DNA of 64,000 bases, taken from positions 17,920,001 through 17,984,000 of the forward strand of contig NC_087250.1 of NCBI RefSeq assembly GCF_037042905.1. Direction: 5' to 3'. The notes beneath the pieces are model-generated. The model ran no database searches, was not told the origin of the DNA, and was given only the letters and a program-made list of their open reading frames with translations. Below, one piece after another: positions 12,601 to 24,734 of this stretch. Source of the stretch: Lytechinus pictus (Eukaryota). A program made the position numbers and the translations under genes. Within the stretch, counting starts at the first letter, position 1. The number at the start of each line of letters is the position of its first letter.

Positions 12601-15600
12601 TTTGATATTTTGTAAGTAGCATCAAGGTCATTTTAAGAAAAAAAAAAGCCCCTATGCTTTACTGTTACCAACGATACGTTTATTGTCTTACTGCAATATC
12701 AGTCTTCGTAGACTTACCCTTGATTGAGTCCCACACACGACAAACGATGTCTGGTTTCACCTGCTCTGGATTGACGACCAAAGAAGAGTGTGGTATAGTG
12801 ATCTTAACAGGCTGGTTGAAGATCAAAGGTTGAGGGTCACACTTGATCCCATAACAGGCCATTGATTCTCCTTCAGTGATATCGATACCAGGATTGTCTC
12901 TTAGGATGGTTAGGGTGATCTGACAAGAAACATCAGGTGGAACCGCTCCAGGAGAAAGGTACATTGATATTCCAAGGTCTTCTAGATTGATTTCCTGACT
13001 AGAATTTCTGTTGACTTTGACCGAGGCATCAGAAGAGTTGGATAGCCGATCTGTGATACAAGGTGAACAACAAAGGTCATGGTACGAACAATATAGAAGA
13101 ACAAAACTGTATTTTAGGCAATGAAATAGAACAATTAACAAACATTTTCACAATATACATGATCGATGTATAGGCCTATCAAAAGATGGTATAAGCCTTG
13201 TGTTTTGATCTCGGCTATTCAAATTCAGTTCAAAATGGTTTATTTTTGGAATAAAAGAATCAATCGAGGCATAAAGACGAATGACAAAAGTTTTAACAAT
13301 TGTAGGTTAAAATCAATGAGGCAAGGCATATCGTACAGTATCACCAAACACAAAAGCACCAGTTATCACACAGCATAAGATGAACGATTACAGAACACTG
13401 ACCATACGACAAGACGTCAGCGAACACAATCAAAGAAAATAGCATTAAAAAATCTGCTAATATATAAACTACAAAGTTTTAGAATCAATATGATTCACAA
13501 GTATTCAGATATATGCAAAAAAATCAATGCTAAAATCAGAATATTGATTTCCAGATCTTAAAAAAGTATTAAGAATGGGAATGAATGGGAAGGTGACGCG
13601 AAAGGTGAAGTTGATAGGAATACGGGAAATGAATAAGGGAAAATGTATTGAGAGATTTAATATAAAAGTACATAGGAGGTAAAGTATTATGAGAAATGTT
13701 AGGAAGAATAACGAGAGCGAAAGGAAGAATAAGAACGAAAAGAGAGGAAGTGGAAGGGCAAGAAGAATCAAAGATGGAAGAACATTACTATATTAAACGA
13801 GAGGAAACAGGTAATTGAATGAAAAGACGGAAAAATTGAAATACAAAGTTAATATACATATAGTGGGAATATAGGTACAAACCACTTGTTCCTAATTTTA
13901 ATACACATTACAGTGCTATGTTTTTCGATGGACGGTCAGTAATAATAAATTGCAGTCATGTACGAAGACTTTGGTGACGATTTCGTGTTTTATTCAATGC
14001 TCTTACCTTTAGTAAACTGTACATCATCCAAGGAAGGTAATCTACAGTAAGCAATTAATACAAAATCATTGAACATCTAACATCAAATTGCGAAGTAATT
14101 ACAATTACTATATGAACTGCATTACAATCATTTAGAATATTCAAAAGAAAACCGTAATTTTTTATGGACTTCTGATGAAAATACATCAATGAAATGTATT
14201 CACATATTGTGTGCCTCTTTAAATTGCAAACTATGTGTTTTTAAGCTACACGAACTAATTAAACCCAGTGAATATTGAAAGGACAACATTCCAACAGAAA
14301 GACAGGTTGAATGATATAAGATAAACTCCACACGAGCATAACACTGAATATTTAATCAAAATCGGGTTTGAAATAAGGTTTTCTCTTTTAAAGTTTCGCT
14401 CGATTAAAAAGTATCATTTGTACAATATGCACATTCTGGTCGGTATGCAAAAGAGAGGACTGATGATGTCACCCACTTGCTATTTCCTTTGTATTTCATT
14501 ATATAAAATATTCCAGATTTTCTCCTTATTCTCATATGAAGAGAGGTTTCATTCCACCCCGAGCATGTGGTATTACCATTGCTTTAACAATTTTATGGTT
14601 CAGTTAGGATGGTGCTCATTGTCAAATCTGTAAAATTGAAATATTACACATTTCAAACAAAAAAAACATATAAAAGGAAGCGTTAAGGACATCATCGACT
14701 CTTTCATTCACATGACACTGACTTGTGCATATAACTTTTTTTTTTATGAAAAATAAGCAAATCTTCAAAATATCATATAATTTTACATTCGATTGTGATG
14801 AAATTTCCAATGTTGTGGTTGATTGATTTTTTTTCTGGGGTGGACTTGATCTTTGAAATGAAAATACATGTACTACAGAACCCGTTTGTACCGGAAATTT
14901 AGTTTAAACAAAATAATTGTTCACCTTGCCAATATCATCTGTCTGATCATTTCATCCTTTGCATAGTGGATTGGTAAGCAACCTGCTCCATCCTTAATAT
15001 CAATCCTGGCTCCATGTTCCAAGAGATAGAACACCAATGCCTTCTCAGGAGATAACCTGCCACTGTAGTATTTTTCGGATACCTGCAACGGATGAATAAC
15101 TTAGTTTGTGTGGTAATTATACATACAACCTTCAAATACCGATTTTTGAAAGGCTCAACGAAAATAAAAAATCATTGTATGAATTAAATATTAACTTTCT
15201 CACAAATTTAATAAAGTGAAAATAGTCTTATATGCTTTTTCATTATATCTTAATTGAATGTTATGCATCGTATTGCAATTAGCAGTGGATGCCGAAAATG
15301 CCATGATGATCAGTTGACTTAAATGTTTTAAAATCCAAGTGTGCACTGAAAATTGAGGCAAATGTATTTTACAAGACTAACCTTTCTGAGTGTTTCGGTG
15401 CCTTCAACATTCTGTTTCTTTTGGTAGCATAATTTGATAGCTTTATGAAGACATGTCTGACCGTCATTAGACTGTACATTGATATCAGATCCTTTAGCAA
15501 TCATCCTTTCAATGATGGATGTAAGTCCGTACATCACAGCTAGATGGATGGCCACTGAATCATTCTGGATTGACAAAATTATATAAACGTAGTAGGAAAA

Positions 15601-18600
15601 TTAGCATTCCTGTGAATGGTATTAGAAGCAGCATCAGTAAAATATTCGTCGTATATAAGATTGTATTAAACTTAAATTGTGAACTCTATATGGATGATAA
15701 TCAATGACCTTTGTTTTTCTTCAAGAGTTTTACTGCCTTTGATATATTCGATCAGCTGAGGGACATGCATGTCTGCAGGTATTAATTAAATTGTTAATAT
15801 AGTTTAAAGCCAGGCTTTTAAAGTTGTAATATGAAAGAGAGAAGAAGAATGATTAAACTTTTTTTTTTTCAAATTTGTATCAGTACTTTCGGTAAAATTT
15901 CCATGGGCGGTATTCTGAAAATTGTGTTAACTGTGGTGTGTTTGTGCTAACACGGTTTTCAGAATACCGCCCCAGGGTGTATGCATGACCTACCTTAGCA
16001 TTCAACTTGTCGATAAGCAGACCAGCAATGTCTCTATGCCCAAGGGTAATCGATTGATGTAAGGGTGTTTGGCCGCGAATGTCTTCTGTGTCACTACGTG
16101 CTCCACTTGTAAGCAGGAATTTAACAACGTCAATGTAACCATGCTGAACGGCGATGTGTAATGATGTTCTCCCTTCATTGTCTGCTTTATTCACCTCTAG
16201 AGGGTCATCTTTTGGGAGCAATGCGTGTTGATCTTCTGCGTTTCGATTCACCTCACCTGTAACACTGAGCAGATATTCGATGACGCCAAAACTGCAATTT
16301 GTTGCAGCACAGTGCAACACACTCCAGCCATTGGCTGTTCTTTTATTCACATCTGCTCCTTGGCTGATAAGGTATTTGATGACGTCATAATGAGCATTCT
16401 CAGCAGCATAGTGTAATGCAGCCCGACTATCTTTATCCCCCTTATTGACCTCAACTCGTTGACTGATCAGAAAATTGATGACGTCAATACGACCTTTCCA
16501 TGCAGCACGGTGTAATGCAGTCCGACAATCATTATCCTCTTTATTGACCTCAGCTCCCACACTGATCAGATATTTGATGACGTCAATGTGACCGTTCCAA
16601 GCAGCAGAGTGTAATGCAGTCCCACCACCATTATCCTCCTTATTGACCTCAGCTCCCTCACTGATCAGATATTTGATGACGTCAATATGACCGCTCAAAG
16701 CAGCATGGTGCAATGCAGTCTCACCACCATTATCCCCCTTATTCACCTCAGCTCCCTCACTGATCAGATATTTGATGACATCAATATGACTATTCCAAGC
16801 AGCACGGTGAAATGCAGTCAAACCATCATTATCCTCCTTCTTGACCTCAGCTCCCTCATTGATCAGATATTTGATGACGTCAATATGACCAATCTCAGCA
16901 GCACAGTGTAATGCAGTCTGACATTCATTACCCTCCTTATTAACCTCAGCTTCCTCACTGATCAGATATCTGATGACGTCAATATGACTATTCCAAGCAG
17001 CACGGTGTAATGCAGTCAAACCATCATTATCCTCCTTATTGACCTCAGCTCCTTCAGAGATCAGATATTTGATGATGTCAATATGACCATTGTTAGCAGC
17101 ACGGTGTAATGCAGTCAAACCAATATTATCCTCCTTATTGACCTCAGCTCCCTCAGTGATCAGATCTTTGATGACGTCAATATGACCGCTCAAAGCAGCA
17201 TGGTGTAATGCAGTCACACCACGATTACCTTCCTTATTGACCTCAGCTCCCTCACTGATCAGATATTTGATGACGTCAACATGACCGCTCCAAGCAGCAT
17301 GGCATAATGCAGTCCCACCTCGATTACCCTCCTTATTGACCTCAGCTCCCTCACTGATCAGATATTTGATGACGTCAGTATGACCACTGTTAGCAGCACG
17401 GTGTAATGCAGTCCCACCACGATTATCCTCCTTATTGATCTCAGCTCCATCACTGATCAAATATTTGATGACATCAATATAACCATTGTTAGCAGCACGG
17501 TGTAATGCATTCCCACCACGATTATCCTCCTTATTGACCTCAGCTCCCTCGCTGATCAGATATTTGATAACATCAATGTGACCGTTGCAAGCAGCACAGT
17601 GTAATGCATTCCAACCATCATTATCCTTCTTATTGACCTCAGCTCCCTCACTGATCAGGTATTTGATGACGTCAATATGACCGGGCCAATCAGCACGGTG
17701 TAATGCAGTCTGGCCATCTTTATCCTCCTTATTGACCTCAGCTCCCTCACTGATCAGATATTTGGTGACGTCAATATGACCATTGCTAGCAGCATATTGT
17801 AATGCCGTCCCACCACGTTTATCCTCCTTATTGACCTCAGCTCCCTCACTGACCAGATATTTGATGACATCAATATGACCACTGTTAGTAGCACGGTGTA
17901 ATGCAGTCCCACCACCATTATCCTCCTTATTGACCTCAGCTCCCTCATTTATCAGATATTTAATGACGTCAATGTGACCATTCTCAGTAGCACGGTGTAA
18001 AGCAGTCCCACAACCATTATCCTCCTTATTCACCTCAGCTCCCTCACTGATCAGATATTTGATGATGTCAATATGACCGTTCCAAGCAGCACGGTGTAAT
18101 GCAGTCCCACAACCATTATCTTCCATATTGATCTCAGCTCCCTCACTGATCAGATATTTGATGACGTCAATATGACCACTGTTTGCAGCACGGTGTAATG
18201 CAGTCACACCACGATTATCCTCCTTATTGACCTCAGCTCCCTCACTGACCAGATATTTGATGACATCAATATGACCACTGTTAGTAGCACGGTGTAATGC
18301 AGTCCCACCACCATTATCCTCCTTATTGACCTCAGCTCCCTCATTTATCAGATATTTAATGACGTCAATGTGACCATTCTCAGTAGCACGGTGTAAAGCA
18401 GTCCCACAACCATTATCCTCCCTATTCACCTCAGCTCCCTCACTGATCAGATATTTGATAACGTCTATATGACCACTCTCAGCAGCACGGTGTAATGCAG
18501 TCCCACAACCATTATCATCCTTATTGACCTCAGCTCCCTCACTGATCAGATATTTGATGACGTCAATATGACCGTTCCAAGCAGCACGGTGCAATGCAGT

Positions 18601-21600
18601 CCCACCACCATTATTCTCCTTATTGACCTCACCTCCTTCACTAACCATATATTTGATGACGTCAATATGACCGTTGTTAGCAGCAAGGTGTAATGCAGTC
18701 CAACCATTATTATCCTCCTTATTGACCTCAGCTCCCTCACTAACCATATATTTGATGACGTCAATATGACCGTTCGAAGCAGCAAGGTGTAATGCAGTCC
18801 CACCACCATTATTCTCCTTATTGATCTCAGCTCCCTCACTGATCAGATATTTGATGACGTCAATATGACCACTGTTAGCCGCATGGTGTAATGCAGTCAA
18901 ACCATTATTATCCTCCTTATTGACCTCAGCTCCCTCACTGATCAGGTATTTGATGACGTCAATATGACCTTTCAAAGCAGCACGGTGTAATGCAGTCCCA
19001 TCACCATTATCCTCCTTATTGATCTCAGCTCCCTCACTGATCAGATACTTGATGACGTCAATATGACCACTCTCAGCAGCACGGTGTAATGCAGTCCCAC
19101 AACCATTATCATCCTTATTGACCTCAGCTCCCTCACTGATCAGATATTTGATGACGTCAATATGACTGTTCCAAGCAGCATGGTGTAATGCAGTCAAACC
19201 ACGATTACCCTCCTTATTGACCTCAGCTCCCTCACTAATCAGATATTTGATGACCTCAATATGACCTTTCTCAGCAGCCAAGTGTAATGCAGTACCACCG
19301 CCGTTATCCCCCTTATTGACCTCAGCTCCCTCACTGATCAGATATTTGATGACGTCAATATGACGGTTCAAAGCAGCAGAGTGTAATGCAGTCCCACCAC
19401 CATTATCCTCCTTATTGACCTCAGCTCCCTCACTAATCAGATATTTGATGACGTCAATATGATCACTGTTTGCAGCACGGTGTAATGCAGTCACACCACG
19501 ATTATCCTCCTTATTGACCTCAGCTCCCTCACTGATCAGATATTTGATAACGTCTATATGACCACTCTCAGCAGCACGGTGTAATGCAGTCCCACAACCA
19601 TTATCATCCTTATTGACCTCAGCTCCCTCACTGATCAGATATTTGATGACGTCAATATGACTGTTCCAAGCAGCATGGTGTAATGCAGTCAAACCACGAT
19701 TACCCTCCTTATTGACCTCAGCTCCCTCACTAATCAGATATTTGATGACCTCAATATGACCTTTCTCAGCAGCCAAGTGTAATGCAGTACCACCGCCGTT
19801 ATCCTCCTTATTGACCTCAGCTCCCTCACTGATCAGATATTTGATGACGTCAATATGACGGTTCAAAGCAGCAGAGTGTAATGCAGTCCCACCACCATTA
19901 TCCTCCATATTGACCTCAGCTCCCTCACTGATCAGATATTTGATGACGTCAATATGACCACTGTTTGCAGCACGGTGTAATGCAGTCACACCATGATTAT
20001 CCTCCTTATTGACCTCAGCTCCCTCACTGATCAGATATTTGATAACGTCTATATGACCACTCTCAGCAGCACGGTGTAATGCAGTCCCACAACCATTATC
20101 ATCCTTATTGACCTCAGCTCCCTCACTGATCAGATATTTGATGACGTCAATATGACTGTTCCAAGCAGCATGGTGTAATGCAGTCAAACCACAATTACCC
20201 TCCTTATTGACCTCAGCTCCCTCACTGATAAGATATTTGATGACGTCAATATGACCGTTGCAAGCAGCACAGTTAAATGCATGCCAACCATCATTATCCT
20301 CCTTATTGACCTCAGCTCCCTCACTGATCAGATATTTGATGACGTCAATATGACCGTTGTTAGCAGCAAGGTGTAATGCAGTCCAACCATTATTATCCTC
20401 CTTATTGACCTCAGCTCCCTCACTAACCATATATTTGATGACGTCAATATGACCGTTCGAAGCAGCAAGGTGTAATGCAGTCCCACCACCATTATTCTCC
20501 TTATTGATCTCAGCTCCCTCACTGATCAGATATTTGATGACGTCAATATGACCACTGTTAGCCGCATGGTGTAATGCAGTCAAACCATTATTATCCTCCT
20601 TATTGACCTCAGCTCCCTCACTGATAAGATATTTGATGACGTCAATATGACCGTTCCAAGCAGCACGGTGCAATGCAGTCCCACCACCTTTATTCTCCTT
20701 ATTGACCTCACCTCCTTCACTAACCATATATTTGATGACGTCAATATGACCGTTGTTAGCAGCAAGGTGTAATGCAGTCCAACCATTATTATCCTCCTTA
20801 TTGACCTCAGCTCCCTCACTAACCATATATTTGATGACGTCAATATGACCGTTCGAAGCAGCAAGGTGTAATGCAGTCCCACCACCATTATTCTCCTTAT
20901 TGATCTCAGCTCCCTCACTGATCAGATATTTGATGACGTCAATATGACCACTGTTAGCCGCATGGTGTAATGCAGTCAAACCATTATTATCCTCCTTATT
21001 GACCTCAGCTCCCTCACTGATCAGGTATTTGATGACGTCAATATGACCTTTCAAAGCAGCACGGTGTAATGCAGTCCCATCACCATTATCCTCCTTATTG
21101 ATCTCAGCTCCCTCACTGATCAGATATTTGATGACGTCAATATGACCACTCTCAGCAGCACGGTGTAATGCAGTCCCACAACCATTATCATCCTTATTGA
21201 CCTCAGCTCCCTCACTGATCAGATATTTGATGACGTCAATATGACTGTTCCAAGCAGCAAGGTGTAATGCAGTCAAACCACGATTACCCTCCTTATTGAC
21301 CTCAGCTCCCTCACTGATCAGATATTTGATGACGTCAATATGACCACTGTTAGCAGCAAGGTGTAATGCAGTCCAACCATTATTATCCTCCTTATTGACC
21401 TCAGCTCCCTCACTTACCATATATTTGATGACGTCAATATGACCGTTCGAAGCAGCAAGGTGTAATGCAGTCCCACCACCATTATTCTCCTTAGTGATCT
21501 CATCTCCCTCACTGATCAGATATTTGATGACGTCAATATGACCACTGCTAGCCGCATGGTGTAATGCAGTCAAACCATTATTATTCTCCTTATTGACCTC

Positions 21601-23564
21601 AGCTCCCTCACTGATCAGGTATTTGATGACGTCAATATGACCTTTCAAAGCAGCACGGTGTAATGCAGTCCCACCACCATTATCCTCCTTATTGATCTCA
21701 GCTCCCTCACTGATCAGATATTTGATGACGTCAATATGACCACTGTTAGCCGCATGGTGTAAAGCAGTCAAACCATTGTTATTCTCCTTATTGACCTCAG
21801 CTCCCTCACTGATCAGGTATTTGATGACGTTAATATGACCTTTCAAAGCAGCACGGTGTAATGCAGTCTCACAACCATTATCCTCCTTATTGATCTCAGC
21901 TCCCTCACTGATCAGATATTTGATGACGTCAATATGACCGTTGTTAGCAGCAAGGTGTAATGCAGTCCCACCACCATTATTCTCCTTATTGATCTCAGCT
22001 CCCTCACTGATCAGATATTTGATGACGTCAATATGACCACTGTTAGCCGCATGGTGTAATGCAGTAAAACCATTATTATTCTCTTTATTGACCTCAGCTC
22101 CCTCACTGCTCAGGTATTTGATGATGTCAATATGACCACTGTTAGCCGCACGGTGTAATGGAGTCAAACCATTATTATCCTCCTTATTGACCTCAACTCC
22201 CTCACTGATCAGATATTTGATGACGTCAATATGACCGTTGTTAGCAGCATGGTGTAATGCAATCCCACCACCATTGTTCTCCTTATTGATCTCAGCCCCC
22301 TCACTGATGAGATATTTGATGACGTCAATATGACCACTGTTAGCCGCACGGTGTAGTGCAGTCCCACCACCATTATCCTCCGTATTGATCTCAGCTCCCT
22401 CACTGATCAGATATTTGATGACGTCAATATGACCACTGTTAGCCGCACGGTGTAATGCAGTCACACCACGATTATCCTCCTCATTGGCCTCAGCTCCCTC
22501 ACTGATCAGATATTTGATGACGTCAATATGACCGTTGTTAGCAGCATAGTGTAATGCAGTCCAACCATCATTATCATCCTTATTAACCTCAGCTCCGTCA
22601 CTGATCAGATATTTGATGACGTCAATATGACCATTGCTAGCAGCACGGTGTAGTGCAGTTCCACCATCATTATCCTCCTTATTGACCTCAGCTCCCTCAC
22701 TGATCAGATATTTGATGACGTCAATATGACCGAACAAAGCAGCAAGCTGTAATGCAGGCTCGCCTTCATTATCTTCCTTATTTACCTCAGCTCCCTCACT
22801 GATGAGATATTTGATGACGTCAATATGACCATTGTTAGCAGCAGGGTGTAATGCAGTCCCACCACCATTATCCTTCTTATTGACTTCAGCTCCCTCACTG
22901 ATCAGGTATTTGATGACGTCAATATGACCGTTGTTAGCAGCATAGTGTAAAGCAGTCCAACCATCATGATCCTCCTCATTGGCCTCAGCTCCCTCACTGA
23001 TCAGATATTTGATGACGTCAATATGACCGTTCCAAGCAGCACGGTGTAATGCAGTCCTACCACCATTATCCTCCTTATTGACCTCGGCTCCCCTCCTGGT
23101 CAGATATTTGATGAAGTCAATAGGACTGTACCAATAAGAACGGGGTAATGCATTCCCACCACCATTATCCTCCATATTGACCTCAGCTCCCTCACTGATC
23201 AGATATTTGATGACCTCAATATGACCTTTCTCAGCAGTCAAGTGTAATGCAGTACCACCGCCGTTATCCCCCTTATTGACCTCAGCTCCCTCACTGATCA
23301 GATATTTGATGACGTCAATATGAGATTTGTTAGTAGCACGGTGTAATGCAGTCCAACCATCATTATCCTCCTTATTGACCTCAGCTCCCTCACTGATCAG
23401 ATATTTGATGACCTCAATATGACCTTTCTCAGCAGCCAAGTGTTATGCAGTACCACCGCCGTTATCCCCCTTATTGACCTCAGCTCCCTCACTGATCAGA
23501 TATTTGATGACGTCCATATGACCGTGGAAAGCAGCCTTGCCTAGTGGAGTCCAAAAGGCCATAC
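388..23564 (-). CDS. Paralog A: multi-exon ankyrin-repeat / ZU5-UPA / multi-death-domain gene (3' end beyond left edge; early in-frame stop, possible null allele or pseudogene)
   Basis: 15 hand-spliced GT-AG exons with consistent phases: 15994-23564, 15382-15564, 14925-15082, 14007-14041, 12718-13050, 6707-6954, 5876-6004, 4529-4691, 4166-4211, 3519-3805, 2804-2819, 2282-2541, 1385-1513, 841-1134, 388-636. The last ten have identical lengths in paralog B. Confidence 0.85.
841..1134 (-). CDS. Paralog A: divergent death domain 3 exon
   Basis: ALELAKALRL..AWQLLHQLCRR (W at the conserved position in copy B); phase 1-1. Confidence 0.7.
1385..1513 (-). CDS. Paralog A: acidic linker exon
   Basis: DDENSDDVTPLEPDVNPDSSPQEPEKDEDEENEDWKIIEYSDS; cag acceptor, GTAGGA donor; 129 nt in both copies. 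Confidence 0.75.
1538..1808. mobile_element. Copy A-specific interspersed-repeat fragment
   Basis: Replaces about 59190..59272 of copy B; family not identified with certainty. Confidence 0.55.
2282..2541 (-). CDS. Paralog A: death domain 2 exon (preceded by 16-nt microexon 2804-2819)
   Basis: LLQFSRHINKEKFYEIGKQLGFDDLELQHIEH..ANIQMLSMWK; homologous to ORF 59723..59974. Confidence 0.85.
3519..3805 (-). CDS. Paralog A: death domain 1 exon
   Basis: FLTIAQTMDVNQFYDMGIALGFTIAELDRVEY..ATYDMLLAWRGRQ fits the death-domain pattern (LG..LGF...EI..I..MLxxW). Confidence 0.85.
4166..6954 (-). CDS. Paralog A: ZU5 end and UPA-like exons (6707-6954, 5876-6004, 4529-4691, 4166-4211)
   Basis: Open, phase-consistent exons conserved in paralog B; beta-rich sequence between ZU5 and a death domain, as in UNC5/PIDD/ankyrin ZU5-UPA-DD modules. 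The UPA name is inferred from position. Confidence 0.75.
4821..5464. mobile_element. MITE with ~115-bp TIRs, specific to copy A
   Basis: Inverted arms 4821-4933 and 5350-5464; absent from the homologous G-tract at about 62060-62073. Confidence 0.82.
7322..7480 (+). repeat. 5' LTR
   Basis: Matches 12238..12396 with 3 substitutions in 159 bp. Confidence 0.92.
7481..7494 (+). other. Primer-binding site, tRNA-Leu-like
   Basis: tgatggcagcggtg immediately after the LTR; one mismatch to TGGTGGCAGCGGTG, the complement of a tRNA-Leu 3' end. Confidence 0.75.
7716..11811 (+). pseudogene. gag-pol of the LTR element, fragmented
   Basis: Successive ORFs 7716, 7847, 8002, 8475, 9334 and 10630 in shifting frames encode consecutive gag, PR, RT, RH and IN pieces. 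Confidence 0.92.
12238..12396 (+). repeat. 3' LTR
   Basis: Preceded by PPT aaagaagggagga; TG..CA termini. Confidence 0.92.
12397..12521 (-). mobile_element. tRNA-derived SINE head, truncated at the LTR
   Basis: Minus strand has A box TGGCCGAGTGG and B box GTTCGATTCC with imperfect cloverleaf pairing. Confidence 0.7.
12718..13050 (-). CDS. Paralog A: first ZU5 domain exon
   Basis: GISMYLSPGAVP..ITLTI..GIKCDPQPLIFNQPVKITIPH matches the ZU5 pattern (IPxGA..C.P...F.xPV.L.IPH); GTAAGT donor. Confidence 0.85.
14007..14041 (-). CDS. Paralog A: 35-nt linker exon (LPSLDDVQFTK)
   Basis: tag acceptor, GTAAGA donor; phase 2 to 1 exactly bridges the flanking exons. Confidence 0.75.
14925..15564 (-). 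CDS. Paralog A: two C-terminal ankyrin exons (15382-15564, 14925-15082)
   Basis: NDSVAIHLAVMYG..GQTCLHKAIKL and VSEKYYSGRLSPEKALVFYLLEHGARIDIKDGAGCLPIHYAKDEMIRQMILAR; canonical splice sites, phases 0-0-2. Confidence 0.85.
15994..23564 (-). CDS. Giant ankyrin-repeat exon (76 repeats, 74 in unbroken 33-aa phase)
   Basis: 2519-aa ORF 15880..23439 of consensus GxTALHxAAxxGHIDVIKYLISEGAEVNKEDN; acceptor ctacag at 23565; donor GTAGGT after LNAK at 15993; ATG at 23562; TAA at 23443-23445. Confidence 0.93.
16250..23550 (-). repeat. Coding tandem array, 99-bp unit x 74
   Basis: Unit visible directly (ttattgacctcagctccctcactgatcagatatttgatgacgtcaatatgacc); unit count from the translation. Confidence 0.95.
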
Positions 23565-24734
23565 CTGTAGTTCCGAGAAAAAGAAATGTTTAATTTTTTG
23601 GATGTCATAGCTAGCTGTGTGAACCTTTTACTAATTGTTTTTCTGTTTGGTGCTAAAATGAAACCAGCCTTACAATGCATTATTCTAAAACTTTTGTAAA
23701 TTATTGTTTTTGGTTGGATATATGAATTACTTTTTAGAAAAGAAATAATTCAGATTATATGAACATCACAATTTTATGTTATTTTTAAAGGAACTATCAG
23801 CACAGTATCACATCACTAGATAAAGGTCCTATGTCAGGTATGATGTCAGATTTTACTCCGAGTCATCATGTTTTGGTAGATAGGATGTTTAACGATGTTA
23901 GGAAGAGGAAATTTTTACTTCATTTTTCAGAGTAAGAACACAACTCCTATTTTAAAAACCAAACTTTGTTTACCACCCCCCCCCCATGTATTCGATGCTA
24001 GCCAGGACTAACATGGAGTAATTTACATTGATATTAAACCGACATACACAGACTTTTATAGACCCAGAACAGAGCTACAAGCGAAATCTAAAAATGGAAA
24101 ATGTATAGGCCACAAAGGCTTGCAACGCCAACTCACGGCGTCACGGCGCGCGTTTTCGATCAATCCAAACTAACATAAATAAAGTATGAAAAAATAGATT
24201 CTTTCTTCTGTTAAGCATTTGCGAAATTTGTTCCTACTGAAAATGGAAGAGGGGGGGGGGTGAGTCAAATGTGGGGGCTGACCATGCACTCTCAAAACAA
24301 ATCAGTAACAAAATATGACTAGTTAATAGGGTCAGCTAGGTGTAACTGTTATTTTAGTCGTATATTTAACTATTTTATAGTCGTATTTTAATATAACAGT
24401 TATTTCTGACTAGAAGAGTGCGCGAAAAATAATAATAATAATAATAATAATAATAATTTACTTATATAGCGCATAATATTCGTGATCTCTATGCGCTTAA
24501 CAAATCAATTATTTATTACATAAGAAATCAAGCGAATTGTTAATATGGTTTTAATTAAATCAAAATATTATTCTACATTAAACTAAGTATTATGGTACAT
24601 TGAAATATACATTAAATTTACATTACACTGCATTCTATTTGCTAACACATGATAATATATTACATGAGATATCATTACATGGTATTAATTTGGTACTGAA
24701 CATATTGAGTAAAACTATATTAAAATATATTACG

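Noticed and set aside
13505..13771. Hydrophobic membrane-protein ORF
   Set aside because: Product of a low-complexity purine-rich intronic tract.
16225..22403. Short alternative-frame ORFs (MRELRSIRR..) in the array
   Set aside because: Shadow frames of the coding repeat.
16250..23550. CRISPR-like repeat/spacer array
   Set aside because: Units are 99-bp in-frame ankyrin codons, the variable parts are homologous to each other, the context is eukaryotic and no cas genes are present.
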